IMG/VR virus record: IMGVR_UViG_3300031519_000131
Location: 1 to 31,875 of that record
Source: a virus
Taxonomy: Duplodnaviria; Caudoviricetes
Length of the DNA stretch: 31,875 bases
Reading direction: 5' to 3' (one strand)
Shown: in pieces, positions 9,035-17,724 of the stretch
How the letters are laid out: each line of letters opens with the position of its first letter
How positions within the stretch are numbered: the first letter of the stretch is position 1
Position numbers and translations under genes: made by a program
Notes under the pieces: model-generated
The model's input: the letters and a program-made list of their open reading frames with translations, nothing else
The model's database searches: none
Told to the model about the DNA's origin: nothing

Positions 9035-9036
9035 TC

Positions 9037-9720
9037 ATGGCACAAAGCTTATTAGTAATTGCTGATTCAGGTACAGGAAAGTCTACCTCAATTAGAACAT
9101 TAAAACCAGAAGAGACTTTCATTATAAACATAGCAAATAAACCTTTGCCATTTAAAGGCTATAAGAGTAAATACACTCAGATAAGCAAAGATAATCCTAA
9201 AGGTAATTTAACTTCCACAGCAACAGCTCCTGGAATAATTAAAGCTATAAATCATGTTGATCAAAAAATGGGTCACATAAAAACTATTGTTGTTGATGAC
9301 TGGCAATATATGAGCTCCTTTGAATATTTTGATAGAGCTAATGAAAAAGGTTATGATAAGTTTGTTCAGATTGCAGCTAACCTTGCCATGGTGGCAAAGT
9401 TGCCTAAAGATTTGAGAGATGACTTAACTGTAATCTTTTTGACACACTCAGAAGATTCTACTGATGTAAATGGAAACAGAAAAATTAAGGCTAAAACAAT
9501 TGGTAAAATGATTGATAATACTTTAACTTTGGAAGGCTTATTTTCTATAGTATTATTTGGAAGAGTAATTAAAAATGATGATGGTGTACTTGAATATGGT
9601 TTTGAAACTCAAAACAATGGAGAGAACACATGTAAATCACCAATGGGTATGTTTGAGGATTTCTTCATTCCTAATGACCTACAGCATGTAAAAGATTGCA
9701 TGCAAAAATATGAAGAGTAA
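9037..9720 (+). CDS. AAA_24/Sak4-like P-loop ATPase
   Basis: ADSGTGKST Walker A, IVVDD Walker B, LTHSE, KTIGKM, CKSPMGMF...IPNDL. Confidence 0.85.
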   Translation: MAQSLLVIADSGTGKSTSIRTLKPEETFIINIANKPLPFKGYKSKYTQISKDNPKGNLTSTATAPGIIKAINHVDQKMGHIKTIVVDDWQYMSSFEYFDRANEKGYDKFVQIAANLAMVAKLPKDLRDDLTVIFLTHSEDSTDVNGNRKIKAKTIGKMIDNTLTLEGLFSIVLFGRVIKNDDGVLEYGFETQNNGENTCKSPMGMFEDFFIPNDLQHVKDCMQKYEE

Positions 9721-9750
9721 TTAATAAATAAATTTTAAAAAAAGTAAATT

Positions 9751-10425
9751 ATGTTAAACACAAAAGACATGTCTGCCGGATCAGGTGGAACTAAACCAGT
9801 AATTGAACCAGGTAACAATGTTATCAAAATCAATTCAGTATCATTTGACCAAACACCATATGATGCTGAAGCATACAATATTGTATTGCATGTTGAGACA
9901 GAACCTATCACAGGAGAATTCAATGGTTTCTTAAAAGATATGGAAAATCCAAATGGTCCAAAATATGAAGGACAAGTTGGTAGAGTTAGGTTTAGTCCTT
10001 ACCCATATAAAGATACTACTTTACAAAGTGGTACAGAAATATCTAGAGATACAGAAGTATTAAAATCTATGGTATTTTTATCTGAAGCACTTGATAAAAG
10101 AGCTGAACTAGATAAAATTGAAGCTAATACAATTGATCAATTTATGGTAGAGTGTAATAAGATATTCTCTAACACTGGTTATTTTAATGCTTGCTTAGGT
10201 GCACGTGAGTGGGAAAATAGAGATGGGTACATAAACAATGACTTATTTTTACCTAAAAGAAGTAAAGATGGAGTTCCTATTGAAGCTTTAAATAGTGAAG
10301 CTAATAGAATCTTAAAATTTGATGCTAATAATAATAATCATCTAAGAAGACTAATTAAAAATGAAGAACCTAAAACAAATAGCTTTGAACCAGCTGCAGT
10401 TTCAGGAGATGACTTTGATTTATAG
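9751..10425 (+). CDS. putative single-stranded DNA-binding protein
   Basis: Follows the Sak4-like ATPase; beta-rich; acidic-hydrophobic C-terminus GDDFDL. Confidence 0.5.
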   Translation: MLNTKDMSAGSGGTKPVIEPGNNVIKINSVSFDQTPYDAEAYNIVLHVETEPITGEFNGFLKDMENPNGPKYEGQVGRVRFSPYPYKDTTLQSGTEISRDTEVLKSMVFLSEALDKRAELDKIEANTIDQFMVECNKIFSNTGYFNACLGAREWENRDGYINNDLFLPKRSKDGVPIEALNSEANRILKFDANNNNHLRRLIKNEEPKTNSFEPAAVSGDDFDL

Positions 10426-10441
10426 TTGAATAAGTAATGAT

Positions 10442-10474
10442 AAGGGTGGTTTTCTTGATTGATTGCCACCTTTT
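10442..10474 (+). terminator. putative intrinsic terminator
   Basis: AAGGGTGGT/GCCACCTTT stem with G-U pairs, 14-nt loop containing TTGATT, then T-rich sequence. Confidence 0.55.
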
Positions 10475-10498
10475 GATTTACATTAATACATTTTAATT

Positions 10499-11476
10499 AT
10501 GTTTAGCACTAAAAATTTTGTATTAGAAGGATCAGATGTACCAAGCACATGGGTATTTCAATATTACTTAAATTTATCAGAACGCCTAACTGGCCAAGAT
10601 CTAAAGATTAAATCAGTCTTTAATCCCTCAGAAAAAACACCAAGCTTTTGCATATATGTTGATAAAAAAATTATGCAATATAAGTTTAAAGATTTTTCTA
10701 CTGGTAAAAATGGTAATAAAGTAGATTTAGTAAAGTTATTATTTGAAATAGAATATCCTGAAGCAATGAGAAAAATTGTTGCAGATTATAATGAATACAT
10801 AAAGACATCTGAATATAAAGATTTAACTATAGTTCCAGAGCCTAAATGGCAATTGGATTTTGTTAAAACTAAAGGTTGGAGTACTGAAGATCAAAAGTAT
10901 TGGCTAAGCTATAGAATAGGAAAAACTATGCTTGAAAAGTATAACGTTAGGCCTATAGATTATTATAATTTAGTTAAAACAAAAGAATCTAATATAAAAA
11001 ATTTACGCATAGGTAATAGTTGTTGCTTTGGATACTTTGACAAAGAAGGTAAAGCATTTAAATTCTATCAACCTAAAAGTAAATCACATAAATTCTTTAA
11101 AGTTAAGAGTTACTTGCAGGGACTAGATCAGTTAGAATATAATCAACCCTATTTAGTAATTTGTTCTTCTTTAAAAGATGCTATGTGCCTTAAAGGTATG
11201 GGGTATAACCTTGAAGTTATAGCTCCAGACTCAGAGAATACTATGATAAAACCTCATATAATTCAACATTTCAAAAAGAAATATAAAAAAGTAATAACTC
11301 TTTTTGATAATGATGAGGCTGGCCTCAAGGCTGTTAATAGATATGCTGATGCATATAAAATTAATGGATTTGTACCAACTATATGTAAAGACATATCAGA
11401 CGCTATGAAGTTACATGGTTTTGATAAGGTTCATGCAATGCTAAAACCATTATTAAAAGAAACATTAAGAAAATAA
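10499..11476 (+). CDS. dnaG: DnaG-type DNA primase (TOPRIM)
   Basis: SVFNPSEKTPSF...FKDFSTG degenerate zinc-binding domain; SLKDAMCL; LFDNDEAG; KDISD. Confidence 0.85.
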   Translation: MFSTKNFVLEGSDVPSTWVFQYYLNLSERLTGQDLKIKSVFNPSEKTPSFCIYVDKKIMQYKFKDFSTGKNGNKVDLVKLLFEIEYPEAMRKIVADYNEYIKTSEYKDLTIVPEPKWQLDFVKTKGWSTEDQKYWLSYRIGKTMLEKYNVRPIDYYNLVKTKESNIKNLRIGNSCCFGYFDKEGKAFKFYQPKSKSHKFFKVKSYLQGLDQLEYNQPYLVICSSLKDAMCLKGMGYNLEVIAPDSENTMIKPHIIQHFKKKYKKVITLFDNDEAGLKAVNRYADAYKINGFVPTICKDISDAMKLHGFDKVHAMLKPLLKETLRK

Positions 11477-11494
11477 TTAAAATTTAAAAAACAA

Positions 11495-11641
11495 ATGAAA
11501 AAACTTAAAGAAGCTATTAGATTATTGAGAGATTTAGCTGAGCTTCAAAACGGCCCTCCACTTGTTAAATACGAGAAAGAATGGAACAAAACAATGGAAG
11601 ATGTTTGGGAATTTATTGATGATTATAACACAAATAAATAA
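11495..11641 (+). CDS. hypothetical protein (48 aa), not in ORF track
   Basis: MKKLKEAIRLLRDLAELQNGPPLVKYEKEWNKTMEDVWEFIDDYNTNK; A-rich leader. Confidence 0.6.
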   Translation: MKKLKEAIRLLRDLAELQNGPPLVKYEKEWNKTMEDVWEFIDDYNTNK

Positions 11642-11647
11642 ATAAAT

Positions 11648-11755
11648 ATGATAGAAGCAATAGGTTGGCTAACAATAGCTGTAGTAGTAATGATAGTTGG
11701 TAAAGCAATAGCTAAGAAGTTATGGCCAGAAGACTGGGATAATGATGTATTTTAA
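11648..11755 (+). CDS. small membrane peptide (35 aa), not in ORF track
   Basis: MIEAIGWLTIAVVVMIVGKAIAKKLWPEDWDNDVF. Confidence 0.6.
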   Translation: MIEAIGWLTIAVVVMIVGKAIAKKLWPEDWDNDVF

Positions 11756-11886
11756 AGCAGAACAAAAGTCAAGTAGAATGTTTCGTTTGCTGTAAAGTAA
11801 AGGCAACATATTGCTCTTTATGTGTTAAAGTAAAGGTTAAAAGGCAATTAATTACCTCAATTAATAATAATAACGCAACAAAAATT

Positions 11887-12189
11887 ATGGATTATTTTGA
11901 ATTAGAAGCAGTAGTAGAAGTATGGGCACATGAAAAAGGTATTCTTGCTAAAGCTACACCAATGGCCCAGTCATTGAAAACATTAGAAGAAACAACAGAA
12001 CTTATTACGGCTATCAACAATGATGATCGTGAAGAGATTATAGATGCTATGGGTGATATTATGGTTACCTTGATTATTCAAGCTAAGATGCAAAATCTTA
12101 GTTTAGAAGAGTGCCTTGAAAGTGCTTACAATGTAATTACAAAACGTACAGGTAAAATGATTAACGGTCAATTTGTAAAAGATAATTAA
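11887..12189 (+). CDS. MazG-like nucleoside triphosphate pyrophosphohydrolase
   Basis: Q.LK..EE..EL...D..GD...AYNVI..RTGKMINGQFVK. Confidence 0.9.
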   Translation: MDYFELEAVVEVWAHEKGILAKATPMAQSLKTLEETTELITAINNDDREEIIDAMGDIMVTLIIQAKMQNLSLEECLESAYNVITKRTGKMINGQFVKDN

Positions 12190-12190
12190 T

Positions 12191-12391
12191 ATGGAATTAC
12201 ACAATGTACCTAGAAATAGTAGAATAAAAGTGGTTACTAAAGATAAAGTACCACCCGGAGCTCCTCCCGTTGAAGAAGGAGAAGAACTTAACTTTAGATC
12301 TATAGATGGAATGTATAGTTACTGCACCAGAGATAATGGTGAAGTAGTACATTTGGCAGCATGGACAGAGGTAGAAATAATTGAAGATTAA
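12191..12391 (+). CDS. hypothetical protein (66 aa), small beta-rich
   Basis: ORF track; IDGMYSYC core. Confidence 0.7.
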   Translation: MELHNVPRNSRIKVVTKDKVPPGAPPVEEGEELNFRSIDGMYSYCTRDNGEVVHLAAWTEVEIIED

Positions 12392-12402
12392 ATAAATAAA
12401 TT

Positions 12403-12795
12403 ATGGGAGAAATTAGAGAAGTAAAACGTTGGTGGATACCAGGCAATGTACCTTCTAGTAAAAATGGAAGGCGCTGGACAGGTAAATACTTTATAGCAAG
12501 TAAAGCTGTAATGAATTATAGAAAGGCCACTAAAGATATTTACTTAAGTTATGCTGATGATTTTAAAAAAGCATTAGAAACACGTGAGCTACCAATAAAA
12601 ATATCTTTTGAGTTTATCAGAGGCAGCCGTCATAAGTTTGACTATTTAAATCCTGCACAGACAGTGCAAGATGACATGGTTAAATATGGATGGATTGAAG
12701 ATGATAATGCAGAATTTATTATACCGGGATTTGAACAGTATACATATGATAAAGAAAATCCAGGTGTCTGGATAGAAATAGTAGATTTTCAATGA
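12403..12795 (+). CDS. RusA-like Holliday junction resolvase
   Basis: VPSSKN...FDYLN....QD.MVKYGWIEDDN matches RusA D.DN...D.L...G...DD. Confidence 0.75.
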   Translation: MGEIREVKRWWIPGNVPSSKNGRRWTGKYFIASKAVMNYRKATKDIYLSYADDFKKALETRELPIKISFEFIRGSRHKFDYLNPAQTVQDDMVKYGWIEDDNAEFIIPGFEQYTYDKENPGVWIEIVDFQ

Positions 12796-13079
12796 AAATA
12801 ATCACATTAAAAGAATTCTTCAAGTTAAAACAAATGTTTCAAGGCTTACCTGATGATCAAGAGTTAGCTTGGGAAATTTATAAAAATAATTTTAAAGATG
12901 ATGTGGTTGATTTATTAATGCACAAAGCATTATTTTTTAAACACAGAAAAAAGTTTGCTGATGCAGTAAAATTTACTGAAACACCAATGGTGGGTAAACA
13001 AGAATTATATATTTATGTGGAGGAACAAAAAATGCACTCTATCTATAAAGAAATATTAAATAAAATTACAAAAATATGA
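12792..13079 (+). CDS. hypothetical helical protein sharing a motif with 15519 and 16561
   Basis: ITLKEFFKLKQMFQGLPDDQELAWEI; ATGA-coupled on both sides. Confidence 0.7.
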   Translation: MKIITLKEFFKLKQMFQGLPDDQELAWEIYKNNFKDDVVDLLMHKALFFKHRKKFADAVKFTETPMVGKQELYIYVEEQKMHSIYKEILNKITKI

Positions 13080-14239
13080 GTAACATACAAGATTTAGTTG
13101 CTAAGACAACTAAGAACTTAATATTTACTGAGCCCTTTTACGGGCTCTTTTTGATTGGTATTAATAAACAATTTAGTTTGCGTATACCTACAGCAGGTGT
13201 AAGTAAACATGGAATTGGTATTCAATTGACTATAAACACAGATTTTTATACAAATTTGAGTGAAGACCATAGATATGGATTAATTAAACATGAACTTTTG
13301 CATATTGCATTTGGTCATTTATTATTAAGAGATCTATATTCTAATCATAAGCTATTTAATATAGCCGCTGACCTAGAAATAAACCAGTACATACTGGAAA
13401 GTAGATTGCCTGAAGGTGGTTTACTACTATCAAGTTTTCCAGAATTAAATCTTCCTAAAAAAGCAGGTACTAAAAAGTATTATGAATTATTAGAACAGGC
13501 ACAAGAAGATGGGTCTTCCCCATCATTAGATAACCTAATGGACCAGATGGATGGTAATAGCCAACATTGTCATAGTACATGGGATGAGTTTAATGATTTA
13601 CCTGAAGCTGATAAAAAATTGGTTGAAAAACAAATTGAACATCAATTAAAGGCTTCTGCTGAAGAAACAGAAAAAAAATGTGGTAATGTACCAGGTGAAC
13701 TTGCAGAGCTTATAGAAAGGCTTATGCATATTGAACCAGCTAAGTTTGATTGGAAAGGATATCTAAAAAGATTTGTTGGTAATTCTAGTATTGTATATAC
13801 TAAAAAGCTAAGACGTAAATATAATAAACGTTATTCCGCTAGTCCTGGTTTAAAAATTAAATTTAAAAATCATATACTTGTTGGTGTTGACACAAGTGGA
13901 TCTGTAAATAATGAAGAGTTAAAAGAATTCTTCAGTGAGCTTGCTCATATGTACAAGACAGGCCATAAAATTACAGTAGCACAATGTGACACACAGCTTA
14001 ATAGCGTCAAGGAATTTAATCCTAAAAAAGATTGGGAAATACATGGTAGAGGTGGAACATCATTCCAACCTGTAATTGATCATTATAATGAAAAGAAGGG
14101 GAGTTATACAGCTCTAATATATTTAACAGATGGTGAAGCATATGCTCCAGATGACTGTCCTAAGAATACCTTATGGGTTCTTAGTAGTATATCTGATATG
14201 AACAATGAGTTACCAGGACAAGTAATTAAATTAAATTAA
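13076..14239 (+). CDS. HExxH metallopeptidase-like + VWA-like protein (DUF2201 type)
   Basis: KHELLH, FNIAADLEIN; MIDAS VDTSGS, GRGGTSF, LTDG. Confidence 0.9.
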   Translation: MSNIQDLVAKTTKNLIFTEPFYGLFLIGINKQFSLRIPTAGVSKHGIGIQLTINTDFYTNLSEDHRYGLIKHELLHIAFGHLLLRDLYSNHKLFNIAADLEINQYILESRLPEGGLLLSSFPELNLPKKAGTKKYYELLEQAQEDGSSPSLDNLMDQMDGNSQHCHSTWDEFNDLPEADKKLVEKQIEHQLKASAEETEKKCGNVPGELAELIERLMHIEPAKFDWKGYLKRFVGNSSIVYTKKLRRKYNKRYSASPGLKIKFKNHILVGVDTSGSVNNEELKEFFSELAHMYKTGHKITVAQCDTQLNSVKEFNPKKDWEIHGRGGTSFQPVIDHYNEKKGSYTALIYLTDGEAYAPDDCPKNTLWVLSSISDMNNELPGQVIKLN

Positions 14240-14245
14240 TAGAAA

Positions 14246-15517
14246 ATGGCACAAGTAAATTTAAATGTAACGGAATTAAAAGGATTTGTAAATCACATAA
14301 TTACAAATAATAGATATTTACAAGGAGTAGGAAAAAGTCCGGTTTCTGTAGAAGTTGTGGGTGAATCAGGTATTGGTAAAACATCTACTATAGTTGAGCT
14401 TGCTCAAGATAATAAACTCAAGTTTGTAAAACTTAATCTAGCACAAATAGAAGAGCTAGGTGACTTAGTAGGTTTTCCTGTACGTCAATTTCAGATGTAT
14501 AAAGAAAAAATAATACCAGCTAAGAAAATAGATGATTTATCTATGTTATCTGCAACACAAAGAGCAGCGGGAACAAGTCTTGCCAATATATCAACACCAA
14601 CTACTAAGAAAGTAGGCCAATGGGTTGATGAGTTAGCAGTACAAGAATATCTTAAACAAGGATATAAAATGACCGGTAAGAATAGAATGTCTTATTGTGC
14701 TCCTGAATGGATTGCTGATGCAAAAGAAGGTGGTATCTTATTACTGGATGACTGGAATAGAGCTGACACAAGATTTATTCAAGCAGTTATGGAATTAATA
14801 GATCGTCAGACTTATATTTCATGGACTTTACCAAAAGATTGGCATATTATATTAACAGCTAATCCGGATAATGGTGACTATATGGTTAACAGTGTAGATT
14901 CTGCACAAAAGACTAGATATGTTACTGCTAATCTTAAGTTTGATGTTAATGTATGGGCTCAATGGGCAGAAGGTGCAGGGATTGATACTAGATGTATTAA
15001 CTTTCTTTTGCTACATCCAGAACTAGTAACACAAGAAACAAATGCAAGATCCATTACAACATTCTTTAATGCTATATCAAGCTTTGAAAAATTTGAAGAT
15101 AACTTAAGCTTAGTTCAAATGATTGGAGAAGGTAGTGTTGGTGATTCATTTGCGTCAATGTTTACTACATTTATTAATAACAAGCTTGATAAGCTAGTAA
15201 CACCAAAAGATTTGTTGACTCATGATAATGAATCATACATCTTAGGTGAGCTTAGAAGTTGTATTGGTAAAGATGATACATACCGTGCAGATATTGCATC
15301 AACGCTAGCTACAAGACTAGGTAATTATTCTGTTGTTTATTCTAAAGATAACACAATAAGTCAGAAAGTTACAGATAGACTTAAAGCTTTATGTACTCAA
15401 GATTATTTTACTAATGATCTTAAATATCTAGTTGTACGGACCATTTTTAATGGTAATAAAAAGAAGTTTAATAAATTCATGATGATCCCAGAGGTTATCA
15501 AAATGACAATGAAATAG
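14246..15517 (+). CDS. MoxR/dynein-related AAA+ ATPase
   Basis: GESGIGKT, GDLVGFP, LLLDDWNRAD, IILTANP, DSAQKTR. Confidence 0.88.
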   Translation: MAQVNLNVTELKGFVNHIITNNRYLQGVGKSPVSVEVVGESGIGKTSTIVELAQDNKLKFVKLNLAQIEELGDLVGFPVRQFQMYKEKIIPAKKIDDLSMLSATQRAAGTSLANISTPTTKKVGQWVDELAVQEYLKQGYKMTGKNRMSYCAPEWIADAKEGGILLLDDWNRADTRFIQAVMELIDRQTYISWTLPKDWHIILTANPDNGDYMVNSVDSAQKTRYVTANLKFDVNVWAQWAEGAGIDTRCINFLLLHPELVTQETNARSITTFFNAISSFEKFEDNLSLVQMIGEGSVGDSFASMFTTFINNKLDKLVTPKDLLTHDNESYILGELRSCIGKDDTYRADIASTLATRLGNYSVVYSKDNTISQKVTDRLKALCTQDYFTNDLKYLVVRTIFNGNKKKFNKFMMIPEVIKMTMK

Positions 15518-15518
15518 T

Positions 15519-16556
15519 ATGGCAAATAAATCAGTATATCAAGATTTTGATACTGATGCTTTAGCTTACTTTGATTTAGAACAGGACACTATTTATGGTG
15601 TCCTTTCTACTTCAGGGGAAATAGATAAAGTATTATGTACTCAAGATAAAACAACATATGAAAAGATAAACACTATATTAACTGTTCCCACAGAAGATGA
15701 GCAAACCTTTAGAAATAAAAAGAAAGCCTTTATATTACCTAAGTGTACTGTATCTCAAGATAGAATAAAAGCAGCTCTAAAAGAACACGGTATAACTGTT
15801 ACAAATGATTATGAACTGGCAGATTTAATTATAGGTCATGAAGATATTACAACTCACCGTCTAGAAAACGCTGATAATATACCTTCTACTATAATGATGA
15901 ACAAGTTGTGGAACTATGAAACAACAAAAGGTAGATCTACAGCAACACATCCTAAAGAAATAGCAATATATAATTCTGGCCTAGAAGTTATACTAACTCC
16001 TAAGCTTACAGAAAGTGTGAGATACTATGATTTAGATATAGAAGATAGTTTGTATGATTCTTGGATGTTAACCGGGATGGCTATTAACTTGGCTCATATT
16101 ATAGATACTACAGATGTAAGTGTTATTGATCCTGAAACAGTGCTATGTGCATCTGCAACAAAAATGATTCTTGATGAACAACTTCTTAGTGATCTTAAAG
16201 TACAGCTTGCTACATATGATGATGACAAAGCTTTAGCTCTTAAAATTGTACCTACAATAGACTATACAAAAAACTTTCATTTATTATGGAAATTTGCTCA
16301 AGACTGTGGTAATATTACTTATGCAGATAGCAGAGATAAAGATCTTAAGTACTGGCTTGATGTATCAGGCTTTAGAAATTTTGAAAGAAAAAGTGCTCAG
16401 GATATGATACTGTGGTTAGATAGTGAAGATAAACTTGATAAAGTATCATTTAGATACCTTGAGCCTATAGTAAGAAAAGAAATAAGTATTCACAACAGAG
16501 ATCTTTATACATTTAAAGTAGCTGTGAAAAAAGAGTATCAACAATATTTAAAATAA
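15519..16556 (+). CDS. hypothetical protein with BRCT-like segment; paralogue of 16561
   Basis: FILPKCTVSQDRIKAALKEHGITVTNDYELADLII. Confidence 0.6.
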   Translation: MANKSVYQDFDTDALAYFDLEQDTIYGVLSTSGEIDKVLCTQDKTTYEKINTILTVPTEDEQTFRNKKKAFILPKCTVSQDRIKAALKEHGITVTNDYELADLIIGHEDITTHRLENADNIPSTIMMNKLWNYETTKGRSTATHPKEIAIYNSGLEVILTPKLTESVRYYDLDIEDSLYDSWMLTGMAINLAHIIDTTDVSVIDPETVLCASATKMILDEQLLSDLKVQLATYDDDKALALKIVPTIDYTKNFHLLWKFAQDCGNITYADSRDKDLKYWLDVSGFRNFERKSAQDMILWLDSEDKLDKVSFRYLEPIVRKEISIHNRDLYTFKVAVKKEYQQYLK

Positions 16557-16560
16557 AATA

Positions 16561-17724
16561 ATGAAAGAAAAATATAAATTAGAAATAAATGCATATGATG
16601 GAGAATGGAATGACAAAAATCAATTAAAGCAAACTGCTATAAATTTTAGTAAATCTGATTGTATGTGGTTAACATCAAATGATAAATGGGATTTAGTTCC
16701 AGAAGATTTAGCTCCAGAAGATATAGCTTCTTTGTCATTACCTATGGTAACTAATATTGAAAATCTTAGTTTACAAGATAAAAAAATATATAGATTTCCT
16801 AAATTAGATTTGCCTAGACAAAAAGTAGATTTGTTAAAAGAAAAATACAACTGTAAAGTAATTAGAGACCCATCTAAAGCAGATGTAGCAGTTGTATCTT
16901 ATAAGCTTTTTAATAAAATATTTGATAGAGAATGGAATTCTTCTATAACATATAAACAAGCATTTGATATACTGGTTTATATGAAAGAGAAAAGCATATT
17001 GTCAGATTTAGCTGTTGTTAAACTTCAAAATTTTCTACAAATGGCTCCAACTGATTCTATGGTTACTTTTAATATTAGGAAACATTGGAATCAATCTGAT
17101 GTTGCTCAATGTTTGATAATAAATGATTTAGAAAATTGGATTATTGCTTCTGGTAATACAGGTTTAGGTAATAATGATTGGGTACTCAAGAAAGAAAATT
17201 ATAAAATATTTGAAGATTTAAGAAATAATACTTCTTTGATGTTATATGATTCACAAATATGTAATATAATTGATGCTGAGTTAGCAGTAATTGAAAACAC
17301 TGAGTATGATAATATTAAGAATATGATAACAAGTGCTGATATGGAGAATAGATCATTAACAATTGAGATGTTAGCTAATTGTAATATAGAAAAATCATTT
17401 GATGTTGTATCTGGATTATATTACTGGCATTATGATTGGTTTAAAAATACTACAAACTGGAATTCAGTCAATGTAAAAACAATGCGTAACAGATTAAAAG
17501 CATATGAAGGTAACCATTGTACAAGTAATATATGGTCTTATAATAGATATCTAACCAAGCTTGCAGATGATGGAAAACTATCAAGATTCGCAGTTGACAA
17601 AACAAGAAAGTATATTCTTGAAAAGTTGATGGGTGTAATGGTTGGACCAGAATCAGAAGTATTTAAAATTGATCTTGAAAATTTGTATATTGCAGATGAA
17701 TTAAATTCAAAAATAAATGATTAA
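16561..17724 (+). CDS. hypothetical protein with BRCT-like segment; paralogue of 15519
   Basis: YRFPKLDLPRQKVDLLKEKYNCKVIRDPSKADVAV. Confidence 0.6.
   Translation: MKEKYKLEINAYDGEWNDKNQLKQTAINFSKSDCMWLTSNDKWDLVPEDLAPEDIASLSLPMVTNIENLSLQDKKIYRFPKLDLPRQKVDLLKEKYNCKVIRDPSKADVAVVSYKLFNKIFDREWNSSITYKQAFDILVYMKEKSILSDLAVVKLQNFLQMAPTDSMVTFNIRKHWNQSDVAQCLIINDLENWIIASGNTGLGNNDWVLKKENYKIFEDLRNNTSLMLYDSQICNIIDAELAVIENTEYDNIKNMITSADMENRSLTIEMLANCNIEKSFDVVSGLYYWHYDWFKNTTNWNSVNVKTMRNRLKAYEGNHCTSNIWSYNRYLTKLADDGKLSRFAVDKTRKYILEKLMGVMVGPESEVFKIDLENLYIADELNSKIND

Noticed and set aside
3900-16531. DnaA-box-like TGTGAAAAA at ~3900 and ~16523
   Set aside because: Isolated, inside coding sequence and expected by chance in AT-rich DNA; no clustered origin
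6088-16850. Minus-strand ORFs 6088-6288, 9735-9923 and 16620-16850
   Set aside because: Antisense to well-supported genes, with no motifs
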